In this document: positions 37,510 to 50,340 of the stretch, in pieces
Numbering within the stretch: position 1 is the first letter of the stretch
How the letters are laid out: every line of letters starts with the position of its first letter
Origin: Chiloscyllium plagiosum
Taxonomy: Eukaryota
Direction of reading: 5' to 3'
Assembly (NCBI RefSeq): GCF_004010195.1
Contig: NC_057718.1
Location: 88,564,233-88,628,232 of the forward strand
DNA: 64,000 nucleotides
Notes under the pieces: generated by a model
What the model was told of the DNA's origin: nothing
The model's database searches: none
What the model saw: only the letters and a program-made list of their open reading frames with translations
Position numbers and translations under genes: made by a program

Positions 37510-38490
37510 ACTTCTACATAGTTGACTACTTGATTCTGACGTCTTTTGTGTTGTCTTTTGTGTTGGTGGCAGGGTAGCAGGGCTAAGTGCGGGCTCTTTC
37601 CTGAGGCTCATGTTCAACCTTCTGCTTTCTTTCTTCTTTTTCCCTTTTCTTTCATTGTGTTTTTTCTATTTTTCTTTGGCAGTTTAATCAGCGGGATTGG
37701 TGTGGCAGGGAGAATGGGCCGTGCACAGAGTGGCGGAAGTCTCCTGGTGGTCGGATGTCATCCTCATGGTGTTCGGGCCCGGTGGCGGTTGGGGACGCTT
37801 CAATATGGTGGTGACGGCAAACCCACATCTCAGAGGAGGGCAGCCGGAGTGGGACAATTGGTACAGTGGTGGCCTGGCCTGGCAGCAGAGCCAGGGACTT
37901 CTAGTTGCAGTAGGCTCGGAGTGGGGAACTCCTGGCGTTGGTGAGGGAGTGGCTGTAGCGATGGCAGCATGGTATGCCCAGAGCGAGGACTCCTGGCATC
38001 ATTAAGGTGGCAACGGAGCCAGGAGCTCCTGATTTTGATCATGTTGGGCCTGGAATGGGGACTCCTGATGATTGATGAGGCAGTGTCAGCAGCGGAGCTG
38101 AGGCCTCCTGTTTGTGGGGCGAAGTGTGGGTTTAGAATGAGATTCCGTCGCAGTATCGACGAGATGGACCCCGCGGCAAAGAGTCAGCTCCCATAGCCAC
38201 CTAGTGAGTGGTGACTCCTACAATGGGTGGGTTCAACACAGACTGTGGCAAGGTGGTGGGGGAGGGGTGGTGGCACAGGTGTCCCTGGGAGCTGACTCAG
38301 GACTCATGGTGGAGACAGCGAAATGAAGATAGACTCTCTTTCAGTTATATCTTTTCATTCTTAAACTATTCAAAATGGCGCTAGATTTTGGTGACAGTTG
38401 AAGCATTTCACTATTATTGTCTGTAAACTACAAGTGACAATTAATCATTCAAATTCAAATGCATTCAAATGGATACAAATTCAAATAAGA
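37510..38490 (+). mobile_element. GC-rich non-autonomous retroposon with a Rex1-like 3' tail
   Basis: Ends caagtgacaattaatcattcaaattcaaa..., similar to the Rex1 tails at 43345-43372 and 49015-49040. Confidence 0.35.
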
Positions 38491-39164
38491 AAGCCTTGTT
38501 GAATTCAGATTTTCATTCCCTTCACTCTGGAAAGAAAAAAAATCTTCAAACCAGGCCTGCATTGATAATAAACTGATCTAATTTTCAGTCTTTATACATA
38601 ACTTTTATCCATATCTACCTAGTCTCTATATCTGAATTTTACCTAACATCAGTACAAATGTTTTGATTAGTAACTTCCAGCAATATTTGTATAATAAAGT
38701 GACATTTACCTTGTTTAAGTCTAACACTGGTTATTTTTAAATGGAAACACTTGAAAAATTAAAATGGGGTTAATAGCTATATAAATTTGTAGTTCACAGA
38801 CCACGCGCAGGCATGGCTGGTGCAGGTTTGGCAAGACAAATGAGCTATTTCCAGTACGTGGTGAGATCTATCTTGTAGTCTTAAGGTGGAAGCCTCACTC
38901 AGCATGCAATTAAAGACTTAGATATGCAGAACAAATGCATAAAATGCCAGCTATTCCCTTTAGGCTATGGGATGTCATGACTTCCAATTGCAAAGATGCT
39001 GCCCGAGAAACTCATTGTGAGAGGAGGGCAGAAGTAGCTATCTTCACCAGGCCTTTTACAGCATTGTTAGTGAGCCTGAATGAGTAGGAGAAACAGCCCA
39101 GCTGTATAAGTAAGGCTTCCACCACCGCCCTCTTAATTCTGCCTTCTTCCAACCCTTTTTTTAG

Positions 39165-39463
39165 AATTAGAATCCCTACAGTTTGGAAACAGGCCACTTG
39201 GCCCAACAAGTTCACACCAGCCCTCCCAAATCCATTCCCCATTATTCTACATTTGCCCCTGACTAATGCACCTAACCTCCACATCCCTGAGCACTATGGG
39301 CAATTTTGCATGGCCAGTTCACCTAACCTGCACATCTTTGGATTGTGGGAGGAAACTGGAACACCCGGAGGAAACCCACACAGACATGGGGAGAATGTGC
39401 AAACTCCAGGCTGGCATCGAACCCGGGTCCCTGGCGCTGTGAGGCAGCAGTGCCAACCACTAA
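39165..39463 (-). mobile_element. HE1-like SINE
   Basis: Reverse complement of the SINE body. Confidence 0.85.
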
Positions 39464-39469
39464 ACTCTC

Positions 39470-39615
39470 TTTCCCCACAGCCTTCTTCCTGAAGAAGGGC
39501 TAATGCCCGAAATGTCGATTCTCCTGTTCCTTGGATGCTGCCTGACCTGCTGCGCTTTTCCAGCAACACATTTTCAGCTCTGATCTCCAGCATCTGCAGA
39601 CTTCACTTTCTCCTC
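39470..39615 (+). mobile_element. Penelope tail with a hammerhead motif (39487-39520)
   Basis: CTGAAGA-a-gggc-taat-gccc-GAAA-tg-TC-gatt. Confidence 0.8.
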
Positions 39616-40649
39616 TCTTTCCCCACACCAAAATTGTCAACCTTGTCTCATTCCTGAGGTGGGCTTTCAACTTGCTAGGTAGGAAATTAAGCAAGATAAA
39701 TGAAAAGTAGTCTTGTCCTTTCCAGGTTCTTTTCCAGTCTCGCTCACACTTCCCCATCTCCCATTAAAGAATGGCGATATCTCTGTTATTGCACTCCAAT
39801 GTCATATGTGTTATGTCATTTTTACTGAGAACAATTAGGAAGCTCCTGATGTGCCAGGTCTGAGTCAGAAACAAGTCACAGGTAGTAAAGGAGCTTTGTA
39901 TACAGAGGCCAAACTATATCCGAAGAATGCCTAAATGCCAAAACTAGCCTTAATATTTCTTTTCACTTGGATTCAGGTATCCCCTCCTTGTCTGTTGGCT
40001 GACTATTGGTGTTTATGCTGCTGAATGTACAGTGAGTCATCAGTCTCATGGAGCCAGCTTTACCCCAGTCTACAAGTCTTCAAAAGAAACCATGGAAAAT
40101 CAATTTAACGATGTAAGTGCCAGCTCCTAGCATCCGAATCAATGAAAGAAAAATATACAAGAGGCTGAAGATGACAGGACAAATCTTGCATTGCCTGCAA
40201 AATCAGTGCCAGAGAAAGCTGATGCAATGGAGTGACCGTACCTGAATAATTAATGTGAGCTACTGGCACAGCACTGTGTGCTGACAATAGTATTTTATGA
40301 AGTGCACCTTCCACTGTCCCAGACCAACAGCAACGCTGGATGCCTCAGATGCACAGTTCTGCACTATTGCTCAACAGCAAATAGCAGGAAATATGTTTTA
40401 TCACATATTTCTTTCATTCAGGGTATATTCGGCTCTCGATGTGATCCAGGCAGCAGGCTGCCACCAAAACACTGTTTGATGAAAATAACTCATTGTGGAG
40501 CAGGAGTGCTCAGCTTCTTTTCCCATTAAATCCATCGGCCACTGCTTGTCCTGTCCTCCAACCAGGACACTTGACAACCACCGTAGTTGTTGCCAATATC
40601 CGTAGCCAGCCCACTCCAATCAAGACAACCTAACACTCCTCACACCAGA

Positions 40650-41700
40650 CCCCATTATAATCAAACCTCTCCCAATCACGTACTATTGCCCCTCCCCAAA
40701 ACATACAATGTTCTAATCACTTTCTCTCCCAATCCATCATTATCTCAATGAGTCACTGTCCCGAATGCCCACTGTCCCCTTTGAGGAGAAAGTGAGGTTT
40801 GCAGATGCTGGAGATCAGAGCTGAAAATGTGTTGCTGGAAAAGCGCAGCAGGTCAGGCAGCATCCAGGGAACAAGAGAATCGATGTTTCGGGCATAACCC
40901 CTTCTTTAGGAATTCCTGAAGAAGGGCTTATGCCCGAAACGTCGATTCTCTTGTTCCCTGGATGCTGCCTGACCTGCTGCGCTTTTCCAGCAACACATTT
41001 TCAGCACTGTCCCCTTTCCCAATCATACACTTTCCTGATTACCCCTCTTCCAATCACTCAGTATCTGCATCGTTCTTTTTTCAATCACTTCTTATTCAAT
41101 CACCCCTTTGCCATTTATTCATTATCTGGATCATTCCTTCTCCCAATCACTCACCATTGTTCCCCTCCAAATTACCCAATTTTTCAATTACCCCTCTTCC
41201 AATTACTCACTATCCACATCACCACTCTCCCAATTATTCATTATCCCCATTACCGCTCTCCCAATTACTCACTATCCTCATCACCCCTCTCCCAATCACA
41301 CACTATCCCCATCACCCCTCTCCCAATCCCTCACTATCCCCATCACCCTTCTCCTAAGTTCTCGATATCCAGATCACTATCATGCTTGGTACCTCTCCGA
41401 ATCCCTCACTATCCCAATAACAACTTCTTCCAATCACTCATTATCCTGATCAGCTTCTCTCTCAAAGACTCACTATCTGGATTACTCCTGTCCCAGTCAC
41501 TCACTATCATAATTAGTATGTCTTCCAGTCACCATTGTCCCAATTGCCCTGTCTACCAATCATTTACCCCCCCCTTTTGTGTTCTGTCCCAATCACTCAC
41601 TACTCAATCGCCCACTCTCCCAACGACTTACCATCTCTTTCCTTATTGATCTATTTATCAAAGTTACCCATCCTCCCAGTTACCACCCACTCTAGTTACT
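40650..41700. repeat. Degenerate 31-bp C/T-rich minisatellite
   Basis: Unit cactatccccatcacccctctcccaatcact; starts at 41270, 41301, 41332. Confidence 0.8.
40783..41004. mobile_element. Palindromic Penelope-tail mini-element with back-to-back hammerhead motifs
   Basis: 93-bp arms 40820-40912 / 40913-41005 centred on ggaattcc; 13-bp TSD cactgtccccttt (40770-40782, 41005-41017). Confidence 0.9.
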
Positions 41701-42879
41701 CCCTATCTAGCCGTTCCTAGATTGTGTTTCTCAGATACTATGTCCCACCTCTCCCCTGTGGTGATCTTGATTTCCAAAGATAGTAAAGCCCTCCCCCCCT
41801 GAACCATCTCCAGTCATGCATTATCTTGCTTTGTCCTATTTGATGGCCACTTACTTTTGTGTTCGGAGTAATCTGTAATTTACTCTTTTTGAATTTTGTC
41901 TTATTAATTTCCTACCGAGCTGTCCAAATTCTGACTCCAGAACAGCATTATTCTTTCCACCTAATTCATTGGTACTGATATAGATCACCGCTGCTAGCGG
42001 TCTGCCCTCTCCTCTCAGGATTCTCTGTAGTCATTCAGTGATGTCCTTACCCCTGGCAACAGGAAGCAACGTATCATCTTGGATGCATAATTGTGACCAA
42101 AAAAACAGCTGTATTGTTCCCACTTACTATCAAATCTATTGCCCTCATGGTTCTCTTCATGCCCCTCATACAAGTGGGTTCACTGTGATACCAAGGTCTT
42201 GGTTCTGGCTGCAATCCCTAGACAATCACTTTCATCAGTATTCATGTTTAGAGAAAGAGATGCAACCAGCAGAATCTCTGCACCACCTGCCAATTCTTTT
42301 CTTGACTTACTTGTGGTCACCTACTCCCTCTTGCCCTGCATATTCTAAAGCTGTAGGTAACCAAAATGTAGTATAATAGGGTAGGGGCATGTGTCTGGGT
42401 GGGTTACTCTTCGGAGGTTTGGTGTGGACTTGTTGGGTTGAAGGGCCTGTTTCCACACTGTAGGGGATTCCATTTTATGATTCTACGATCTATAAGCATA
42501 CAATTCACAAAGCCCTTGATCTTACAAATGTATCACAGTGATGCCAATTGATACACAAGCTTCAATACACAGACTGGATGTGTTACAGCTGATCACACTT
42601 CTTGCCCAGATGGCTATTTAGAGTGCAGGAAATGCAAATGTGCATCAAGATGTGCACCTCAGGGATTGTAGCTGCCTTCACATTGCTCTATCTCAAAGAC
42701 AATGAAGTTTACCACATTAAAACAAACTCATGAGCTATTCACATCCCTGAAATAGAGGGAGGTTAATTGAAATGCTTTACTTAACTCTCATTGTTGAAAA
42801 CAGGGACATTTTAATTTCCTAGCCAACTTAGAACCAAATGTCACAGTTTGATTTGTCTCTCTCTAGTGATTCCAAAATA

Positions 42880-43545
42880 TTTTTCACTCCTCATGGTTTG
42901 CATTAAACTCCTCCCAGTCTGCTTTGTGATCCTTCCAGCCTGCTTCATAGTGATCTCTACTGCATCATACCCTCTGATCTGCTCTAAAGTAATCCCTACC
43001 TGTTTCACAGGAAGCCTGACCTCCTTCACACTTATCACATCTTGCCTCACCATGGTCCCAATCTCTTTCACCATGATCCCAACTTGTTTCATTCACTTCC
43101 TGGTGTGCTTCACAGTGATCTTGACCTGCTCCATGCAGAAGATACAAAAGCATAAACACATGTACCAACAGATTCAAGAACAGCTTTTTCCCCACTGTTT
43201 TCAGACTTCTGAATGGACCTCTCAAACTTTTATATTCAATGTTGATCTTGTGCACATTCTCTGCAGCCGTAACATTTTATTTTTTGCTCTGTTCTATTAT
43301 CCTAATGCGCTGTGTATGGTACGATCTGCCATTTCATTGCACATGTGACAGTAATAATAAATCAAATCAAAGCTTGGATTGCATCACACTGACCTTTCTC
43401 TGCTTCCCAATGATCCTAACCTGCTGTATATGCCTCCTGATCTAAGCCAGCTTCACAGCGATTGGGCCCTCCTCTATAGTTGTCACGTCCAGCTTCCCAG
43501 TGATCGCAACCTGCTTCACCGTTATTCTGATCTGCTACACATTCC
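42880..43545. repeat. Degenerate 21-bp tandem repeat interrupted by a Rex1 3' end (~43135-43372)
   Basis: Units such as cctgcttcatagtgatctcta / cctgtttcacaggaagcctga / tctctttcaccatgatcccaa. Confidence 0.65.
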
Positions 43546-43889
43546 TTCTGTTTTGGGTGATTAAATGTCTCATACTGCAAACAAATAAATGCTTTTCAGA
43601 CATTCAGCAAGTAAATTAATGCACTAGTAGACAATCCACACAAAAACGATGGAAAGGTTAACCAGGTTATTGTTCACCTTTAAGAGGCTTGCTCTCAAAG
43701 TCCATACCAATTACATTGTAGGTCATGTTAAAATGAGCAAGAGCTTTCCCTGTGAACCAGGCAGGGAATTTACACATTACTGTTGAAGTACATTGAAAAA
43801 AAAATCAATAAAGCTTGATGGGGGAAAGCTTGTTATTTATAATGTATTCCTCGAAATAAATCGTGTTGAGATAGACCTCTTGGTAGCAC

Positions 43890-44120
43890 CTCATAGAGTC
43901 AAAGAGATGTATAGCATGGAAATACCCTTTGGTCCAACTCATCTAAGCTGACCAGATATCCTAAACTAGTCTAGTCCCATTTGCCAGCACTTGGCCCATA
44001 TCCACCTAAACCCTTCCTATTCATGTACCCATCCTGATGCCTTTTAAATATTGTAATTGTGCCAGTCTCCACCACTTCCTCTAGCAGCTCATTCCATACA
44101 CGCATCACCTTCTGCGTGAA
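43890..44120 (-). mobile_element. CR1 3' tail
   Basis: Reverse of the CR1 tail (catagagtc...tacccatc). Confidence 0.8.
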
Positions 44121-44809
44121 ATTCTCACGACCTCAGAACATATCAAATTACTTTGTACATAATTAAATGTTTTTGAAGTTCAGTCACTGTTGTAACATTG
44201 CAAACAGGGCAGCAATTTACTCACAGTTAGTCCTCTTCAACAGCAATGAGATAATAATCAGATTAATAATGATTTTGAATTATGTTGGGTGGCAGATAAG
44301 TAATGGCCAAGACACAGAATTGTGAGAGGTTAGCATGAGTTCATGTCACCTTACATGACTTAAACCAGACTCTCTCTCTTAAAGGGGAGGCATTTTTTTG
44401 GATCAATAAGTCCTTTAATTTGAATTTGATTTGAGAAGGACATAACAATGTCAACAACATGCCAGACAGCAGGCTGCAAGATTCTCAGATGTTGCACAAT
44501 AAGATTTGTCTGATGAGGTGCAGAGAGCAAGAGACATTATCTAATCTTAGAAGAGGCAAGATGCCCCTCCAGACAAGCTATCAGGCAGCAGTAACAGCTG
44601 GAAGCTGCAAAGCCAGGGGTCTAGCCACAATAAGCTCCTTGCAGTGCCACAGAAGTTCAATGAACAGTAATAAATACATCTTCGGATGCCATATCCAATG
44701 AACTGCAAACCAATCTTATCGTCTGCTCATGGCACTACAGCTCAGTTACTGGAGAGTCAATGGTCTAGCAGTATTGTCACTAGACTATTAAACCAGAAAC
44801 TCATGTAAT

Positions 44810-45333
44810 GTTGGAACGTTGGAGGCGAGGGGTGACCTTATAGAAGTTTATAAAATCATGGGGGGCATGGATAGGGTAAAACGATGAAGGGCTTTTGCCT
44901 GAAACGTTGATTTTTCTGCCCCTTGGATGCTGCCTGACTTGCTTTGCTTTTCCAGCACCACACTCTTGACTCTCATTTCCAGCATCGGCAGTCCTCACCT
45001 TTACCTAAATAGACAAAGTTTCTTCCCTTGGGTGGGGAGTCCAGAATTAGAGGGCATAGGTTTAGGGTGAGAGGGGAAAGATATAAAAAGGACCTAAGGG
45101 TCAACTTTTTCACACAGAGGGTGGTGCATGTATGGAATGAACTGCCAGAGGAAGTGGTGGAGGCTGGTACACTTGCAACATTTAAAAGACATTTGGATGG
45201 GTATATGAATAGGGTTTGAAGGGATATGGGCTGGATGCTGGTACACGGGACCTGATTGGGTTGGGATATCTCGTCAGCATGGATGATTTGGACCGAACGG
45301 TCTGTTTCTGTGCTGTACATCTCTATGACTCTG
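44810..45333 (+). mobile_element. CR1 3' end with a nested Penelope tail (~44882-45005)
   Basis: RGHRFRVRGERYKKDLRVNFFTQRVV; ctatgactct tail. Confidence 0.8.
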
Positions 45334-45904
45334 TGTTCTGGGACTGGGTTCAAATCTCTCCATTTGAATTCAGTTTTAAAAAATCAGGAATTAAGAGTTT
45401 GATGATGATCATGAAACTGCTATCGTTTGTTGAAAAAAACCCATCTGATTCACTAATGACCTTTAGGGAAGGAAATCTGCCATTCTTATCTGTTCTGGCC
45501 TACGTGTGACTCAAGACCCACAGTATTGTGGGTAACTCCTCTGGACAATTGGGGATGAACAGTAAATGAAAATAGTAAAACTCTCCCACCAACAATCTCT
45601 ATCAATCATGACCAATGGATTCCATTCATAGCTTCCCCTCAATGTTACACACTTCACAGAGCTAACATCCATATATCACAGGTTGTACAGCTATTGAACC
45701 CTGGTAGCCATGTCAGCCAAAATACCATTCAAAAGGGCTTGCTGCATATCAGAGCAGTGCAGTAATCTGTGCTCCAATACATTGTGAAGATTGTTGAGAC
45801 TACACACCACAGGAATGGCCGTGGGTCATGAATATACTGTTGTCTCTTAGGAAGACAACAGTTATCCTCCCACCACTGCCACTCTGGAAATGTCCTTGTT
45901 GTTA

Positions 45905-47272
45905 CTGCTCCCACGAGGAGGTCGAATAGTTCATCAACGTCACCAATACATTCCACCCCGACCTTAAATTCACCTGGACCATCTCTGACACCTTCCTCCC
46001 CTTCTGAGACCCGTGCATCTCCATCCACAAGGACCAACTCAACACTGACATTTTTTACAAACTCACTGACTCCCACAGCTACCTGGATTACACATCCTCC
46101 CACCTATCCCATATTCCTAATTCCTCCGCCTCCGCCTCATCTGCTCCCAGGGGGACCAGTTCCATCACAGAACACACCAGATGGCCTCCTTCTTTAAAGA
46201 CCGAAATTTCCCCTCCCAGTGGTTGAAGATGCCTTCCAACACATCTCATCCACATCCCGCACCTCAGCCCTCAAACCCCACCCCTCTAACCGCAATAAGG
46301 ACAGAACCCTCCTGGTTCTCACCTTCCATCCCACCAACCTCCGCATAAATCGCATCATCCGCCAACATTTCCGCCACCTACAAATGGACCCCACCACCTG
46401 GAATATATTTCCCTCCCCAAATCTATCAGCTTTCCACAAAGACTGTTCCCTCCGCGACTACCTGGTCAGGTGCACGTCCCCTAACAACCCACCCTCCCGT
46501 CCTGGCACCTTCCCCTGCCACCGCCGGAATTGCAAAACCTGCGCCCATACCTCCCCCCCCTCACCTCTATCCAAGGCCCCAAAGGAGCCTTCCACATCCA
46601 TCAAGGTTTCACCTGCACATCCACCAATGTCATTTATTGTATCCATTGCTCCCGCTGCGGTCTACTCTACGCTGGGGAGACTGGATGCCTTCTCGCAGAG
46701 CGCTTTAGAGAAAATCTCCGGGACACCTGCACCAATCAACCCCACCACCCCGTGGCCGACCATTTCAACTCCCCCTCCCATTCTGCTGAGGACATACAGG
46801 TCCTGGGCCTCCTCCACCGCCGCTCCCTCATCACCCGACGCCTGGAAGAAGAATGCCTTATCTTCCACCTTGGAATCATTCAATCCCAGGGCATCAATGT
46901 GGACTTCACCAGTTTCCTCATTTCCCCTCACCTCACTTTACCCCAGTTCTAACCTTCCAGCTCAGCACCGCCTTCATGACCTGTCCCACCTGTCAATCCT
47001 CCTTCCTCCATCCGCTCCACTCTCCTCTCCAACCTATCACCTTTACCCCCAACCTCCATCCACATATTGGACTCTCAGCTACCTTCTCCCCAGCCCTAGC
47101 CTCCCTCCCATTTATCTCTCCACCCCTGAGGCTCCCAGCCTCATTCCAGATGAAGGGCTCCGGCCCAAAACTTGGATTTTCCTGCTCCTCGGATGCTGCC
47201 TGACCTACTGTGCTTTTCCAGCAACACACTCTCAACTCTGATCTCCAGCATCTGCAGACCTCACTGTCTCCT
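45905..47272 (+). mobile_element. Penelope-like element 3' half (RT C-terminus, GIY-YIG, tail)
   Basis: GTFPCHRRNCKTCAH linker, FTCTSTNVIYCIHCSRCGLLYAGETG..L.ERF.E (GIY-YIG), HFNSPSH; tail hammerhead mutated. Confidence 0.92.
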
Positions 47273-47769
47273 TGTTGTTACTGGTCAGCCGTGACGGGAT
47301 GGTACAGTTAACAGCTTCCAAGCCCAGCATTACTTGAGATGGTCCTGTGAGGCCATTGCATCTCCTCCTACAGGAAGTCAGCAGCATTGTACTAGCCATG
47401 CTGCTACCACCGGGGTACAACTATCTAGTAGCAGGAGGACATGATGCAACAGCATGTGGAAAACCTGTCCCAAGGGCAGTCAGATTTTGAGGGAAATGAT
47501 TCATAAGTTTGTTTTGGAATGTTTGTCTTGAGGTGGATTTTATTTTAACATTTCGTCCAAGAAGACATAATGATAGTCAGTAACAGAAGGACTATATGGT
47601 GCGAACCTATTGGTCAGGGGGAATTGGAATTACATTCAACTAGCACCACAGTCAGATAAGTTGATCAGAGTGAGCCTGGGCAGTAACAGGATGTGTAACT
47701 GCTCCTCTTCTTCCTGCCATTCTTCTTCTTCCCCCTTTAACTCTTCCTTTTCAGCCGGTTACCAAATAT

Positions 47770-48345
47770 TTAGTAGCAATGCCCTGCCCTCATTGTAAAG
47801 GATGCAGCAGACCACCATGAATCTTGACACTTGCTCAGCCAAATACTGCAGGGTTCTTCCAGATAGGTGCAGGCATTGGAAGCATTGTTTCAGCACCGTT
47901 CGTAAGCTCAATCACATTTCGTGCGAATGTTCTGTGCATGTGTTGCATGCAATGTCATGAGCCACAGATTGGTGGATAGCTGTCTTCTGCCAGTCCCAAT
48001 GTCTGATTTGTCATGGTGCAGATGGTACAGCAGACACAAGACTCATGACTGCTGCTGGATACCAGGTATTGATCTGAAGAGACACACAGTACCTGGATAT
48101 TGACAGAGTTAAATCTCCTAGTTAAGATACACCGCATGGAGACATGCTGCACTCAAAAACCAATGTGATAATTGGGCCTCTGCAACACGGAAAAGCCAGA
48201 ATTCACTGAAGAGCCAAATGCTTGCTCCAGCTGCATTACCTTAGCAAGGGACAACAATATGTATTCAGCTCTTGGAATACAGAATACCAGTGACCTCCCT
48301 TGTGCAACAGTAGATGAACTGGGAAATACTGCAAATTTCATCTAC
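47770..48345 (-). pseudogene. PIF/Harbinger transposase relic
   Basis: Minus strand across frames: ICSISQF..CCTREVT, RRFNSVNIQVLC, SSHES, EDSYP..WLMT, RNVIE, VLKQCFQCL..SG.TLQY..EQVSRFMVVCCILYN. Confidence 0.7.
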
Positions 48346-48404
48346 ATAGGTGCATATGAAGAGGTACAGGAAGAGGCTGCTCAGTCCTTTGAAACAGCCC
48401 AGCC

Positions 48405-50340
48405 ATTTAATAAGATCATGGCTGATCGTATTGTAATCTGAAATCTCCAACTACCTATGATAACCTTTCACCCCATTGTCTACCAAGAATCTATCACATC
48501 TGCCTTAAAATATTCAAAGTCTCTGTTTCCAACACCTTTTTAGGAAGAGTTTCAAAAATTCTCAATGTTCTGGAGGAAAACATTCTCCCACATTTCAGTT
48601 TTAAAAGATGACTCTGACTTTTTAAACATTATCCATAGCTCTCCCAACCTCCAGTTCTATATTCTCTTAGAAGAGCAAACATCCTCTCCACATTCATCTT
48701 GTCAAGATCCCTCAGGATCAATCACACTGCCTCTTACTCTTCTAAACTCCAGCAGATACAGCCTAGCCTGTCCAACTTTTCCTCATAAGACGATCTACCC
48801 ACTTCAAGTATTCGATTGGTTCCTTGAATTGATTCCAATACATGTAAACCCTTCCTTAAAAATGATAACACAGCACTCCAGATGTGGTCTCGCTAGTGCC
48901 TGACATAACTGAAGCGTAACCTCCTGTCTTCTATATTCAATTCCCCTTGCAGTAAATAGAATTCTATTAGCTTTCCTAATTACTTACAGTTCCTGCATAC
49001 TAACATTTTATGATTTATTGAATTGAATTTATTGTCACATGTACTGAGGCACAGTGAAAAGCTTTGTTTTGTGAGCAATACAGGCAGATCACAAAGTTAA
49101 GTAGTATAGATAAGTAAATAATAGGTAAACAGCAGCAAAAACAGAAACACAGGCGCATGTTATGAGTTTGTGAGTCCATTCAGTATTCTAACAACTGTAG
49201 GGTAGAAACTGGTTCAAAAGCAGCTAGTGCATGTGTTCAGGCTTCTGTACCTTCTCCCCAATGGTAGAGGTTGTAGAAAAACATGGCCAGGGTGGGATGG
49301 TTCTTTGAGAATGCTGGCAACGGGCCTGGTAGATGGATTCTATAGATGGGAGGTTGGCCTTTGTGATTGTTGGCCAAGTTCACCACTCTCTGTAACTGTC
49401 TCCAATCTTGAATGGTACAGTTGCCATACTGTGATACATCCAGACAGAATGCTCGCGATGGCGTACCTATAAAAGTTGGCAAGGGTATTCGCCGTCGTGC
49501 CAAATTTTCTCAGCTGCCTGAGGAAGGAAATGCATTGTTTGGCCTTTGTAACCAGTGGGTCCACATGAAGAGTCCAAGAAAGTTTGTTGTGGATGACCAC
49601 TCCCAGGAGCTTGACACTCGCCATTCGTTCCACCTCGGTGATGTTGATGTGTAGGGGACCATGAGTAAAATCCTGCTGAAAGCCAATAATGAATTCCTTG
49701 GTTGTGCTAGCACTGAGAGCTAGGTTGTTCTCAGTGCACCATTTTTCCAGGTCTTCCACCTCCGGTCTGTAGTCTGTTTCGTCACCATCTGAGATTTGGC
49801 TGACTAAGGTGGTGTCATCAGGGAACTTGTAAATGGTATTGATCTAATATCTGGCGATCAGTCATGGGTATAGTGAGTACAGCAGGGGGCTCAGTACACA
49901 CCCCTGGGGTCTCCAGTGTTGAGTGTTAGTGAGGGTGAAGTATTATCCCCAATTTTCACTAATTGTAACCTGTGGGTCAGGAAACTGAGGGTCCAGTTGC
50001 AAAGAGTGGGGCTTAGTCTGAGATCACTAAGTTTAGTAATCAGTCTAGAGGGGATAATAATGTTGAAGGCTGAACTGTAGTCAATGAGTAGTATTCTTAC
50101 ATAACTGTTCTTGGTGTCAAGATGTTCTAAGGAGGAGCGAAGGGCAAGTGATATGGCATCTGACGTGGACCTGTTGGTCCGATAGGCAAATTGAAGTGGG
50201 TCAAAAATAATGGGGAGGCTGGAGTTGATTAATACCATGACCAGCCTTTATGCACTAGGTCACCCAGATTCCTCTGCATCTCAGAGCAATGCAATCTCAC
50301 AATTACATAATGTGCTTCATTTTTATTCTTCTTGCCAAAA
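48405..50340 (-). mobile_element. CR1 3' part, split by a Rex1/Babar LINE
   Basis: CR1-like reverse sequence at 48405-49011 continues at 50250-50340. Confidence 0.6.
49012..50248 (-). mobile_element. Rex1/Babar LINE, RT domain
   Basis: [66 protein letters not shown]. Confidence 0.9.

Noticed and set aside
40930..41649. 239-aa Pro/His/Ile-rich ORF
   Set aside because: Translation of a C/T-rich minisatellite that lacks stop codons.
46219..47241. 340-aa ORF as a host gene
   Set aside because: Frameshifted Penelope RT/GIY-YIG; the second half is out-of-frame translation.
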